From Hormiphora californensis (Eukaryota; Animalia; Ctenophora), in the NCBI GenBank assembly GCA_020137815.1, contig CM035353.1, forward strand, positions 5,580,001 through 5,644,000: a DNA stretch of 64,000 nucleotides, given 5' to 3'. A model generated the notes under the pieces. The model was given only the letters and a program-made list of their open reading frames with translations. It made no database searches and was not told the origin of the DNA. Within the stretch, counting starts at the first letter, position 1. Each line of letters starts with the position of its first letter. The position numbers and the translations under genes were made by a program. Shown piece after piece: positions 48,749 through 61,330 of this stretch.

Positions 48749-49264
48749 CTATCTATCTTTCACATTTTCTCTCTCTTCCTCCATTACTAAACCGAGCACC
48801 ATTGTCTTTTTAGAGCGAGTAAACAAGTGAGAATAATGGCAGTTGAATGTTAGCGTCTCTTCTTTGCCGACGTCTTGTCCCTGCTACTCTGAAACTAGTG
48901 AATCACCACCACCCAGTATTTTGTAAGTCACTACTTTGTCCTCACATTTTGTAAGTCACAACGTTCTCTATACTCCTCATTCGAAGCAGCTGGTGTTCTG
49001 TTGAGGGGGTGATCCCTGTAGTGATCTCACGTGGTTCGAAGTTTGGCATAGTCAGGGATCACCTCCTCAACATGTCTCTACCACGGACGGTGCCATCAGC
49101 CCTATACAGCTGATCCAGAGGCTGGTGTTCTCTTGGCTTTGAATATAATGATCTAGCAATTCCAGATCTGTACTAGCTTGTCTTCTCTCTTTGTTTTGCT
49201 AAACTTACAATCACTTTTCAATCACGACCCGTTCTTTTTAATTATTAAACTCTCAGCAAGGGCC

Positions 49265-52200
49265 ATGACCAGTGAAGGAACCGATCCACCCATCAGCAAG
49301 AGTGCCGCCAAGAAACTTGCCGCTAAACAAGCGAAGGAAGCAAAGAAGGCTGAAGTGCAGGCCAGGTACAAAACAATTGTGTTACAGTGGTCATCCGACA
49401 TAATTGTCACAGCTCGACAAGAAATTCGACCTGAAATCCGACGTAGAATGCGCCGTGCATTCGTAGTGAGAGAGACATAAAGACTAACGAGAGAGAAGAA
49501 TTGAAGCGTGACAGCATTTGGTCGACTTTCAACAGGCGTTCATAACTGAACGCCTGCTAAGTTGAAGAACCAACCAAACTTTTCTCGTCGAATTCCACGT
49601 CGAAGTTCACGTCGAGATATGGCAATTATGTCGGATGACCACTAATATCTCTAATAGTATATCGAACCTATTCAGCGTGTGACATGTGTATAGAAAGTAA
49701 CCCTAACAACATCTAGTGGATATATATAAACATTGTCTCGTTCCTTCTCAGGCTGAAGGCAGAAGCAGATGCCCGAGATGTTGACGACTACAGTAAGGAT
49801 AAATACGGGAAACAACCCATCTGTACAAGTAGTGAGAAAACGGGACGAAAATGGGTCGAGGTACATGTTGTTTGTTTTCTGAACTTGACCAAATTTTATT
49901 GGACATTAAATGGGTTCTTCTACAATAAAACCCGTCTGCTCATTTTGTACAGCTGGAAGGAGAAACCTAAACTTCCTCATTAGTTGGGATTTATTACAAA
50001 GTCACCCATTTACGTTGTAAAAGGGGCACTCGTACCATCTACGGAAGGGTAATTTCGTTACCAAGGTATTTTATAAAATGCCCTACTGGTAGAGGATCTA
50101 CCTCTGCGGAACATTTGTCTGCTGTAATCAATTGTGTTTTATTTTCAGGTAGAGGATCTAGATACGTCCATGGCAGGGGAGGAGGTGCTAGTAAGGGGCA
50201 GGGTCCACCTTAGTCGTGTAACAGGGAAACAGTGCTTCCTGAAACTCAGACATCGTTATTACTCAGTACAGGTTAGTGGCTAGTGCTTCCTCAGACATCG
50301 TTACTATTCTGTACAGGTAAGAGAAACACTTTCACGACGGGGTGTTGAGGTTTCCCTCGGTTTGGTTATTTCATCCGTGAGCTTTCAGCTTGCACAGAGG
50401 GGTAATTTCATTACCAATCCCTTGGTAACGAAACTAACTAAAGTGTGCCCTACTAAGTACTATCAATATAGACCAGTCATATGATGTCGGTTTTGGACCA
50501 AAAAAAACATAATTGATCTAAATGTGATTCCACTTCTAGGGCACTCCAATAGGTCCCTAGAACCACCAAAAAAATTTGTCACTCTTCATCAAATGAATAA
50601 ATTCGGTTTTTGGGCCACGCCCTTTTACCTGTATTTTCAGTCATGTGGTCAAAACTATAAACCATCTTAGGAAACGAGTAGAGAAGAAATTAAGGGCACT
50701 AAAGTGTGTAGCGTCCTCGCATTAGTGGGGGTAGGTGCCGGAATTAAGTCCCTATCTCATCTGGTTAATTAGATAATTGGATAATTAGGTATGCGCATAA
50801 CCATTTTTTGGCTATATGGCTATAGCCACTTAGGAATGGTTTAGAGACTTTTCACTGGTGCCATTTTGTAGGCAATGGCCAAGTTATGGGGGGTCGACGT
50901 CGGACTTTTAAGCTCTATCTCCAACCGTTTAGCCGTTATTTCGATTCAAAGGTGCTGAAAATGAGCAAAAATCGGGCTTTTTACCGTTTTTTGCTCATTT
51001 TCAGCACCTTAAAAGCCAAATAACGGCTAAATGGTTGGAGATAGAGCTTAAAAGTCCGACATCGACCCCCCATAACTTGGCCATTGCCTGCAAAATGGCA
51101 CCAGTGAAAAGTCTCTAAACCATTCCTAAGTGGCTATAGCCATATAGCCAAAAAATGGTTATGCGCATACCTAATTATCCAATTATCTAATTAACCAGAT
51201 GAGATAGAGACTTAATTCCGGCACCTACCCCCACTAATGCGAGGACGCTACACACTTTGGTGCCCTTAATTTCTTCTCTACTCGTTTCCTAAGATGGTTT
51301 ATAGTTTTGACCACATGACTGAAAATACAGGTAAAAGGGCGTGGCCCAAAAACCGAATTTATTCATTTGATGAAGAGTGACAAATTTTTTTGGTGGTTCT
51401 AGGGACCTATTGGAGTGCCCTAGAAGTGGAATCACATTTAGATCAATTATGTTCCCTATCATGCATCATATGACTGGTCTAATAAACTACAGTCTACAAT
51501 TTGTTTTTCCGGCAAACAGCAGATATAATCAAATGTACATTGTACCCTGTCAGATAGTGTACGCAGTTGATGAAAAGATCAGTAAACAGATGATAAAGTA
51601 TGTTGGTGGGTGCCCTAAAGAGAGCATTGTCGATGTTCAGGGTGTGGTGGTGAAGGCAGATGTGCCCATTGAGAGTTGCAGCCAGAAAAACCTCGAGTTA
51701 CAAGGTTCGTTGGCAGGAAATACTGGTCCCTGATTGGCTGATAACCAGTCACGTGACCTAAATAACGAGTTCTGATTAGTTGTTTACTTGTGTCGGTCGG
51801 TTCCTGTTCGTTGGGGATTAGTTAAATTTAATTTCTCGGTACATGCTCAATCCAATTTTTGGCAAAGGTTGGTGCATGAAGTATGAACACGTGTAATTCC
51901 TTGTAAACATAGCTTCTACTCCCCGGCAACCCCCCCCCCCCCCCCCCCCCCCCCCAGGTATGACGTTCCACGTAGTGTCTGAGTCGGAGCCCCAACTGCC
52001 CCTACAGATTGATGATGCCAGCCGACCAGTTGGAACAGAGGGAGCAGGACCGATTGTTAATCAGGACACTCGGCTGAATAACAGGATTCTTGGTTAGTAG
52101 CCGTTGTTATCACTGGGTTTGCTTGATCATAATTTGGACCCGATTTGGATAGCTCGAATAATTATTTGGCTAAATTAACCTGGTTATTTAGCTCAGAATA

Positions 52201-55200
52201 ACTGAAAATACTAATTATCCGAGTTATATTATTATATCTGAGTATTGAGTAAATATATATTTATTGTCTTACCCTCTCTCCCCCCTGGTAGACCTGAGGA
52301 CACCCACAAGTCAGGCGATATTCCGAGTGGGCCATGGTGTCGTGGAACTATTCAGGGAGTACCTCTCTGCCAATGGTTTCACAGAGATTCACACCCCTAA
52401 GATCATCTCGGCTGCTAGTGAGGGCGGGGCTAATGTTTTCAAGGTAATATTAGGCTGTCCAGTATTGATTGTCGTTGGGCTTTTATGGAAAAATGGTTTG
52501 AGATAGAGCAAAATGGACTTCACCACCGTTTTTCTCACGCGATTTTAGATCGGAATATCATGCTTGGTATCGGTATGTGGCCGTTCTCGGTTCCCAGCAG
52601 GCTATTTTCTCTACGCCACTCTTGTTGCCGCTGCATGGGGTTACCAATGTTTTTTAAACGCTGCTGGAAGAAAACTGGTACAGTTTCTTTAGCTCCCGTA
52701 GTGCTCAATCGATAGACAATCGTCTAAGGATGAGGTATGTATGCGATTTGGGTCTTTACGCGTTCACTAATAACCTCTAAAACAGTAAATGTAACACGAA
52801 AAAGCGAAAAAGTTTGGCCCGTTTTGGGGACATGTTCAAAAACGTCAATTGGTCACTTTAAAAGTCAACCAATCACATAATTGGCTTCACTACGTCTTAG
52901 AACTTACTTAGAACTATCTTTTACTGCAAAGTTTTTTTATTATAAGCCAATCCTGATGAGACCCGGAAGTGAAAGTTTCTAATTTTTACCAAAACTTTTT
53001 GGAGGCCCGTTGCTCAGTGACAAAATAAAGATAGGATGTTTTATTACATCTTGAACGATAGGTAATTGTCCAATGAACAAGCTTGATGCAAAAAAACATC
53101 ACTCCGGTACCATTTTTAAGAAGTACAGCAGCTTTAGTACTAAAACTCGAAAATCGCGATTTTCCAAATGCAGCGGCAACAGGAGTGGGGTAGAGAAAAT
53201 AGCCTGCTGCGAACCGAGAACGGCCACATACCGATACCAAGCATGATATTCCGATCCAAAATCGCGTGAGAAAAACGGTGGTGAAGTCCATTTTGCTCTA
53301 TCTCAAACCATTTTTCCATAAAAGCCCAACGACAATCAATACTGGACAGCCTAATACTAGTGACATTAATATCTTACTATTCCCCGTGCCTGGCTGACAT
53401 GACACCATATATGGGCATCACGTGACACACCATATATGGGCATGTCTCTAGTGAGGGTGGGGCTAATGTTTTCAAGGTAATATATTAGCGACATTAATAT
53501 ACAAACACTTAGTGACTACTCTTTGTTAGTGAAATACATACTAATAGTCCGGTAAAATGATGTTAGCGTTTCCAAGCTCGTGTAGATTTGTTCACAAAAC
53601 CATTTTCGATGTCAATACAGGGTGGTTCAGAAACATGGAGCCACTGTATTGACACATTAGTTATCTCAAAATGGCTCCATGTTTCTGAACCACCCTGTAT
53701 ATATGATATAGCTACGGTAGCTTTATAAGCTACCTGGCCTTTGTTTTTGCAAACAAGCGCCATGTGGTACACTCACTTTACACGTCATCACAGCTTAAAT
53801 TATTGTTTTAATTCTAAAGTGTGTGGTTTCTCATTACACGTTATCATAGCTGACGATCTTATATAATATTCTCAATTCTGTGAAACATATGTCTGCCTAA
53901 ATATCCGTGTTTCGATCTTATATAATCTTACGGTTCTCCTCAGGTTTCCTATTTCAAGGGTAACGCCTTCCTGGCACAATCACCCCAGCTGTACAAACAA
54001 ATGGCAGTGTGTGCAGACATCGAGCGGGTATTCACCGTGGGAGCAGTGTTTAGGGCGGAGGACAGTAACACACATAGGCACCTGTGTGAGTTTACTGGAC
54101 TTGACATCGAAATGGCATTCAAGGAGCATTATCATGAGGTATGGAGGTGTTACCATATATGGAGGTGTTACCTAACCATATTATATGGAGGTGTTACCTA
54201 ACCATATATGGAGGTATTACCTAACCATATATGGAGGTGTTACCTAACCATATATGGAGGTGTTACCTAACCATATATGGAGGTGTTACCTAACCATATA
54301 TGGAGGTGTTACCTAACCATATATGGAGGTGTTACCTAACCATGTATGGAGGTGTTACCTAACCATGTATGGAGGTGTTACCTAACCATATATGGAGGTG
54401 TTATATTACCTAAACATGTATGAAGCCTGAATGAAGGTATAATTCACACATGTGTACCTGATTTTATAGAAAATTGTTATGAAATCGAGATCTAATGTAC
54501 ACATTTCCAGTGAAATCATTTGTTTTCCAGGCACTGACAGTGATTGGTGATATGTTTATCTCCATGTTCAAGGGTCTTCAGAAACGTTATGCCACTGAGA
54601 TTGAGATTGTCAACAAGCAGTTCCCTGCAGATCCATTTAAGTTTGTTGAGCCAGGTGTGTTATTTGATTTCTACACTACTCGCCAGTGTTATACTGATAG
54701 TAGGGTCAAGAAGTTACCCCTCTCTCGCCAGCGCGTGAAGGTCGCGAGGCGACATGATGGGTTTTCAGTATATAAAGTCGAATTTTTTAATCAAGGGACA
54801 GGGGGCCGCGCATTCAGAGAGGTCGCGCGGCGTTGTATTTGCGCGTGATAATCGAGATCAAGTTCCTGGCAATCTTAAGACTTTAACCTAACAGCGTTGG
54901 AAAGATAATTTTAAGACCTTTTCAACGCAACCAAGATCAAGTCTTTATCTTATCAGGAACAGGAGATATGAGCGAAAACGTTTAGCACGCGCAAAAAGAC
55001 TTTTGTAAATGCGCGGCCCCCTGTCCCTCGATTTAAAAATTCGACTTTATACCCTGCTAACTTAAATAACCCGCCAGCGGCGAGAAGTCCCACTGGCGCG
55101 CTCTCAATATACAGCCAGTCCAGCGGCAGATTATTTCCCACTGGCTGGCTGTTTATTATTAACTCCTATGTTATATTCAAAGTGTGTGTAAATGATCAGT

Positions 55201-56867
55201 TCTTACTGAAATACAGAGGGAACACTGTTTGCAAGAGTTACACACTGCATTGGAGAGAAAGAAACAACACATTCCGTCAATTTCTCTCTCTTTATCTCCC
55301 CTTTTGTTTCACTATCTCAATTCCTCTGTGTTATGTCTGGCATGCCCCATATCTTGTTATTTCTTTCTCTCTCTCCTTAGTAACTGTTACCAAACAATAT
55401 ACACTCAATTGAGAGATGTTTTTGACTGTTTCTCAGTTCTCTTTGTGTGTTTTGATTAGTGTTCTCTCTCTTGTTAGTGTGTAATACTTGAAACAAACAA
55501 CTAAAGCAGGGTATATAACCCATAAACTCTGACCAATGGCACGTTATTGGTTTAAACCCCTCCGCCTCTCCCTCGGCTACGCCTCAGGATCGTCGTCGTG
55601 ATTTAAACCAGTTTATCCGCCACTGGCGGATAAACTACAGCTACCTTCTCCCAGCGGCGCGCTGGGAGAAAGGTATCTGAAATAACGTGCCAGTGGCCAG
55701 AGTTTATGCCTCATTTAACCAAACTGATGGTATAAGGGTCACTCGATCAATAGTACAGTATAAAATAGTATCGCAACTTGTATACCAGTTTTCCATCCTT
55801 ACACATCTTAAAACTCCCTCCTTAGCGCTGGTGTTGAACTACCCGGAGGCCATATCCATGCTACGGGAAGGCGGAATAGAGATTGGTGATTTTGATGATC
55901 TCTCAACACCTAACGAGAAGTTCCTTGGAAAGTTGGTTAAAGCGAAGTATGATACTGATTTCTACATCCTTGACAAGTACCCCCTGGAAGTGAGACCCTT
56001 CTACACCATGCCATGTCCCCATGATCCCAAGTAAGTAAAGGAGAGGATTAGAGAAATAAAGGGAGAGAGATAAATTAGTAAGTTGCTGTAAAACCAACCG
56101 TCATGAAGATAGAGCCATTGATTTCAAAACTTGTCTCCTTTTTGGTACAAGTATTGGCTAACAGTTGTGTGCTGCACAATGCTGCATCAATGTTTTACAG
56201 TTATCACTTTTCACACAGTTTATTTTGTGTTGCAAAACCGACCCCCTTGATACCCTCGTGGGATGGCGTGTTTTTCATTTACCCTGATTACACCATTGAT
56301 CTCAACAGATACAGTAACATTTAACAATTACATCATACTAATTAATTAACTACACCATTGTTCTCTCCAGATACAGTAACATTTAGCCATTACATCATAC
56401 TAATTAATTAATTAATTAACTACACCATTGTTCTCTCCAGATACAGTAACATTTAGCCATTACATCATACTAATTAATTAATTAACTACACCATTGTTCT
56501 CTCCAGATACAGCAACAGCTACGATATCTTTATGAGGGGAGAGGAGATTATGAGTGGAGCTCAGAGGATTCACGATCCAGCCCTACTTGAGGAGCGAGCC
56601 AAGGTCCACGAAATCGAGCTGGAAACAATTCGATCTTACATCGATTCCTTCAAGTAAGACACGGTCCAATTTCCCCGCACACAGCATGAGAGTGTAGATT
56701 ATTTTGAATAATGTTCCCTTACCCACCCTCCCTCCTTCAGGTTTGGTTCCTCGCCCCATGCTGGTGGCGGTGTCGGGGGTGAGCGAGTTCTTATGTTGTT
56801 CCTCGGTCTGGATAACATCAGGAAAACTAGCATGTTCCCTCGAGACCCAAAACGGTTGACTCCTTAG
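49265..56867 (+). CDS. DARS1: Cytoplasmic aspartyl-tRNA synthetase, 11 exons (approx. 49265-49365, 49752-49860, 50149-50271, 51554-51704, 51958-52091, 52292-52443, 53944-54138, 54531-54654, 55826-56030, 56507-56653, 56741-56867)
   Basis: [58 protein letters not shown] and C-terminal [10 protein letters not shown]. Confidence 0.96.
49386..49643. mobile_element. MITE in DARS1 intron 1, related to 5780-6271
   Basis: TIR AGTGGTCATCCGACATAATTG; shares the internal CAGGCGTTCA..ACTGAACGCCTGCT..GAAGAACCAACC motif. Confidence 0.75.
50469..51481. mobile_element. Near-fully palindromic 1-kb element in DARS1 intron 3
   Basis: TAGACCAGTCATATGATG...CATCATATGACTGGTCTA; inner portion homologous to 41334-42540. 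Confidence 0.92.
51714..51806. mobile_element. 93-bp hAT-type MITE at a DARS1 splice donor
   Basis: CAGGAA...TTCCTG ends; 8-bp TSD TTCGTTGG (51706-51713, 51807-51814). Confidence 0.88.
52450..53354. mobile_element. Mariner-like non-autonomous element in DARS1 intron 6
   Basis: TIRs of about 185 bp, TA|TTAGGCTGTCCAGT...ACTGGACAGCCTAA|TA. Confidence 0.9.
53618..53697. mobile_element. 80-bp Tc1/mariner MITE
   Basis: TA|CAGGGTGGTTCAGAAACATGGAGCCA...TGGCTCCATGTTTCTGAACCACCCTG|TA. Confidence 0.9.
54140..54415 (+). repeat. 23-bp minisatellite starting at the DARS1 intron 7 donor
   Basis: (CATATATGGAGGTGTTACCTAAC) repeated about 11-12 times. Confidence 0.92.
54776..55046. mobile_element. Kolobok-like MITE
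   Basis: TIR of about 38 bp, AGTCGAATTTTT.AATC.AGGGACAGGGGGCCGCGCATT. Confidence 0.8.
55048..55515. mobile_element. Dispersed repeat with short TIR; other copies at 29104-29242 (truncated) and about 30660-31100
   Basis: TATACCCTGCT...AGCAGGGTATA ends and cross-matches within the window. Followed by a hairpin-rich segment (55521-55708) also seen near 31105-31250. Confidence 0.7.
56289..56516 (+). repeat. Tandem repeat (62-70-bp unit) containing the DARS1 exon 10 acceptor
   Basis: TACACCATTG.TCTC..CAG|ATACAG.AAC occurs four times. Confidence 0.92.
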
Positions 56868-57139
56868 AGAAAGAAAGACTCTCACCCGCACACAGAAAAC
56901 TGACCCCTAATAAACGTTTTGTTGTGTTTGACGCTATGTATTTAGTGACTAGGGTAATTTAGGGATTTTTAAACCTTAATTGGTTCTCCATTTATTTGTC
57001 CATTTATTAGGTTTTAACTTTTCCACAACACCGTGCGTTTTTTTTCTCTGTCCAATCCATAACCCCCCCCCCCCCCAACATCATGCCCCCACCCAACACC
57101 CTGGCCCCTCCCTGTAATTTCAACACTGTTTTAGATCAC

Positions 57140-58342
57140 ATGGTGCGTGTCTCCTTTCTCCACCCTGATCTCGGTATCGGAGGAGCGGAGAGACTGGTCC
57201 TTGACATGGCCCTCGCCCTCCAATCTCGCGGTCATGACGTCACTGTGTTCACTGCACACCACGACCCATCCCACTGTTTCCCTGAAACGGCCGATGGAAC
57301 ACTGCGTGTGGTTGCTAAACTAGACTGGCTACCCCGGACAATATTTGGAAGATGCTTCGCTCTGTGTGCCTTTATCAGGATGATCTTCCTAGCTGTGTAT
57401 GTGAGATGTTTCGTTAGGTCAGATGTTTACGTTGTGGATCAGGTGTCACTTTGTGTGCCCGTTCTCAAGTTTCTATCCCGGACCCGGGTCTTGTTCTACT
57501 GTCATTTTCCCGATCTTCTCCTATCGACGGACCGGTCCGGTGCGCTCAAGCGGCTTTATCGTGCACCCCTTGATTGGTGTGAGGCGTACACTACCAAGAT
57601 GAGTGATAAAGTGGTTGTCAATTCAGGGTTCACACGAGCAATTGTTCAGCAGACTTTTGGTGGAGCTGAGTGTGATTATGATATCCTGTATCCCTCTCTA
57701 AACACGGAGACATTCGATGATAGTAACGGATTTGAAATTGTCACTGCTCCCAATCCTCCTTCCAGATCGTGTGTCTTTCTTTCCCTGAACCGGTACGAGA
57801 GAAAGAAAAATATTGGTCTGGCGATCGGGGCGTTACGGTACGTTAAATCAGTGTGTGGTGCGGAGGAATGGGAGAAGTGCCACCTTATTATCGCAGGGGG
57901 ATATGATACGAGGGTGAGTGAAAATGTTGAACACCATAGAGAGTTGGTCTTGTCTGCGGCTGATATTTCAGATCACGTCACCTTCCTTCGCTCAATTGAT
58001 ACCTCAACTAAACTATCCCTACTGCATTCCTCCACTGCCCTTCTCTATACGCCATCCAATGAGCATTTTGGTATTGTTCCCGTGGAATCGATGTATTGTG
58101 GAACACCTGTAATTGCAGTCAATAGCGGGGGACCCACAGAGTCAGTTGAAGATGGTGTCACGGGATGGCTGAGAGAACCTTCAGAGAAAGAATTCGGAGA
58201 TGCAATGTTGGAATTTTTAAGGGACCCCAAGTTGGCGGAGGATATGGGAGGAAAAGGACGTAAACGTGTACAGAAAATGTTTTCTTTTGAGTCATTTAGC
58301 GACCAGTTAGATGACTATGTTAATATTTTGAGTAAGTTTTAA
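57140..58342 (+). CDS. ALG2: Alpha-1,3/1,6-mannosyltransferase ALG2 (GT4), intronless
   Basis: FLHPDLGIGGAERLV, FYCHFPD, SLNRYERKKN and NEHFGIVPVE motifs. The likely start is ATG 57140, after TTTTAG; AATAAA at about 58390. Confidence 0.95.
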   Translation: MVRVSFLHPDLGIGGAERLVLDMALALQSRGHDVTVFTAHHDPSHCFPETADGTLRVVAKLDWLPRTIFGRCFALCAFIRMIFLAVYVRCFVRSDVYVVDQVSLCVPVLKFLSRTRVLFYCHFPDLLLSTDRSGALKRLYRAPLDWCEAYTTKMSDKVVVNSGFTRAIVQQTFGGAECDYDILYPSLNTETFDDSNGFEIVTAPNPPSRSCVFLSLNRYERKKNIGLAIGALRYVKSVCGAEEWEKCHLIIAGGYDTRVSENVEHHRELVLSAADISDHVTFLRSIDTSTKLSLLHSSTALLYTPSNEHFGIVPVESMYCGTPVIAVNSGGPTESVEDGVTGWLREPSEKEFGDAMLEFLRDPKLAEDMGGKGRKRVQKMFSFESFSDQLDDYVNILSKF

Positions 58343-59859
58343 ATTAATTTCACCACGTAATGATCAATTTAGTTTTCGTCAACAGTTTTAATAAATGAGT
58401 ATTATTTCTGATCAATTGTCACCAAAACAGGGCACGATCGCTCTGGAACGAGAGGGCACAATTTGTAGCGCGCGGGACGGTTTCTCTAAATAAAGTACAA
58501 CTTGTAGGCACTTGTGTCACGAGCGTTCACCGCGGAACCTCCTACGTGGAGTTGGTGTGGTAATGATGCTATGCTGAATGTCAGATGTTTTGAGATCATC
58601 TTATCAGTCATTATTTACTCAATGAAACAGCTGTGGACTCTGCGGATGTACCTCTGTGCCCTGCTCTCTATTTTCCCCAACTACTAAATACTGAGTTTTT
58701 GCGGACGCGGCTTTGTGCTTTTTACTGTGCAAGTAGCTACCGCGCGGCGCGTAATTCAAAATTTGATTTTGGAGCACACGTCGTCTGCAGACGTCTGCGG
58801 AGTTTTGAAATTTAGATGTTTTGAGTGTCACTTGTCAGCACAGAGCGTTCACGCTTTTTAGGAATTAGGCCCTACCTGTTGGCTGTTTCGGCACTAACTG
58901 AAGAGAGTTGCACGTTCTTCATTATGCCAAATGTCGATTTACCGGGCTTATGTCTGGCGGCGTTAGACCCCGATTTGATTCAAGAGTGTTGGAGCCCGAG
59001 TTTGAGCGAGTTGGTTTCTGAGAGAATTGTTTCGTTTCTTTGGTGATTTTGGACCTCCTCGGCTAAGTTAAAAAAGGAAAAAAAAAAAAAATCCCCCACC
59101 CCCATTGAAAAAAAAGAGCCAGGATAAAAGACAGAAAAAGAATTGAAAAAAAAAAAAAAAAAGAAAAAACCTCCCCTCCCTTCCCCTGCAGACTGACTCG
59201 ACAATGACTGTAGTTTACCCTGTGACCCAACGTCTGACATTATGGTGCCATTTATTGCATAGTCTTAGATGGTGCAATAGATGGTATCAGCTAGCATCTG
59301 GAGGTTCAAACTGACTGTTGAAACCACCTCCGGTGCGCCCTATTTTCAGATATATCGAGACCGTGATCCTGATATAATCCGTGATCCTGATATCCATATC
59401 GATTGATGATATCTTCGATCTTATACTTACTGAAGAGCATGGATTGATCTTCATTGATTAGGGCAAGTATATAGTTATTGACTCTCGAACCTCGTATCTC
59501 CAGTTCCATTAATTCAGTTCTCCTTAGTAGCATACCCTTCTTGACAGTTTACTGTCCACTAACACGTAACCCTAACACCCATAAGTGGGCCGTTTCTCTC
59601 CCCTTTTTCAGTAGTCAGGTTTCCTCAAGATTCTAAAGATTTTAAGATTCCTATTTCCATACATCATCACGGGGCACGGACATATTCTCTAGGATAGGAG
59701 AGAGTGGAAGTATAAGGGAAAGGAAACGATAAATGTACATCCCTAAAACAATTATGCAATGTTTATTGATCCCGGGATAATGACAAACTGTGTGAAATTT
59801 GTTAATTTTTGTTTGTAATTATAATGGTTGTACGTGGTTATAATTGAGAATAGAGTGTG

Positions 59860-59894
<35 letters not shown>

Positions 59895-60659
59895 TAATTA
59901 ACTTATTATTTAACTTATTATTTAACTAACTAAATGAAGATCATGACTCTAATAGTTGCAGGAAATGTATCTGTACAGGACATTATTGACAACAGACATT
60001 TCATATTTATAGTAGTTTCTTGAGTTGTAGGTATTGGAGCCTCCTTCGAATGGCTTGGACCCATACACAATTTGTGTGTGATCTCGGGTGATTCGAAGTA
60101 GGCTCCACCGCTTTTGAAAGCCGTTAGTTTAGTCTGTGTGTTTTCTAGCATATGTAAGAACTTTTCTGACAAGTAAAAGCTATAAAGCGGAATATTAAGT
60201 ATTTTGTGATGATGATGATGATGATGATTATCAAAACTTTTCAACATCTGCAATACGTGGTGAGTTAAGAGATAGGTGATGGCATCTAGCAAATAAAGTT
60301 ACGGGGGAGGTGACGAACCCGTAACATAAGCCAACCTATCTGACGAGAGACCCGATATTGATAGTCTCTGTAAGTCGACATCGATAGTCGTGAAGATGAT
60401 GGACGGCCAAAGAAGCAGTCCAACTCCTGAGTTGACGAGCGGACTACGGAACGGTAAAGAGTTCTCTGAGATCAGTTTCACTACAACACCGGTACGTAAA
60501 AACATCGACCCCCAGTGTAATTCTGGGACTACACCCGGACTTTTCTCCACCCCAAGTCCCGTTCCCAACATCATGAGCGACCCAACCCAAACGCCTCATA
60601 TACACACCTCTAGAAACTGCTAGAAATGGGAATAAAGGAGTCACACCTAGCGATCCACA

Positions 60660-61330
60660 CCGACTCTAGCACTACACTATCCCAGTCACAAACCAGGCGA
60701 GGTATCTAGGAATAACCCTGGACAAAAACTCAAACTACAAAGCCCACGTCCAAAATAAAACAGAAACAGTTAAACGATCTGCGAGACCACTGAGACACCT
60801 CATGACAACAAAATGGGGAATATGCATTATGCACAGCCCAAGGCAGATACGTTCACGACAATATACTTATGAAGACCCTGACATACGGGGCAGGCATATG
60901 GGGACAGAAAGTGCTGAAAAACCAAACACTCAAGATGAAGCTGGAAGCAGCACAGAACCCTATCACTCGAAGGATCACCTGAAGGCTGAGGGAAACTGGT
61001 GGACAGACCCCCTCCGCGAGCTCATCTAACGCACTCGAAAGCTATGAAATTACTCTTAACAAGCCTAAAAATTCCTAATGCCATCGACCAGACAAAACAC
61101 ACCGATATAACCTTTGAACAAAACTCCCAACTGAGCAAGAACAAAGTAATAAACGCGTACACAGATGGGTCAAGAATTAAGATACACTCAACACACATGA
61201 CAGGGGCAGGAGCCATAATCTACATGGATAACCAGGAAATCATCCTTCAAGAGCCCCTTGCACCCGAAAACACCATAAAGAGTATCAAAACATCAAAGAA
61301 AACATATACAAAGAAGACGAGCCACTAGAA
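60660..61330 (+). mobile_element. Degenerate LINE fragment: RT C-terminus plus RNase H (I/R1-group-like)
   Basis: ARYLGITLDKNLNYKAHVQ and INAYTDGSR...GAGAII, with frameshifts. Confidence 0.8.

Noticed and set aside
50088-50100. GGTAGAGGATCTA as another copy of the DARS1 exon 3 start
   Set aside because: Only 13 nt and at the end of a dispersed repeat, so it may be coincidence.
54140-54415. CRISPR-like array (also the 11-bp arrays)
   Set aside because: Head-to-tail repeats with no unique spacers, no cas genes, and a eukaryotic intron context.
57083-57139. 19-aa N-terminal extension of ALG2 (and 13 aa on the small ORF at 48156)
   Set aside because: These lie upstream of the acceptor AG in C-rich tract sequence. 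Recognisable ALG2 sequence begins at Met 57140.
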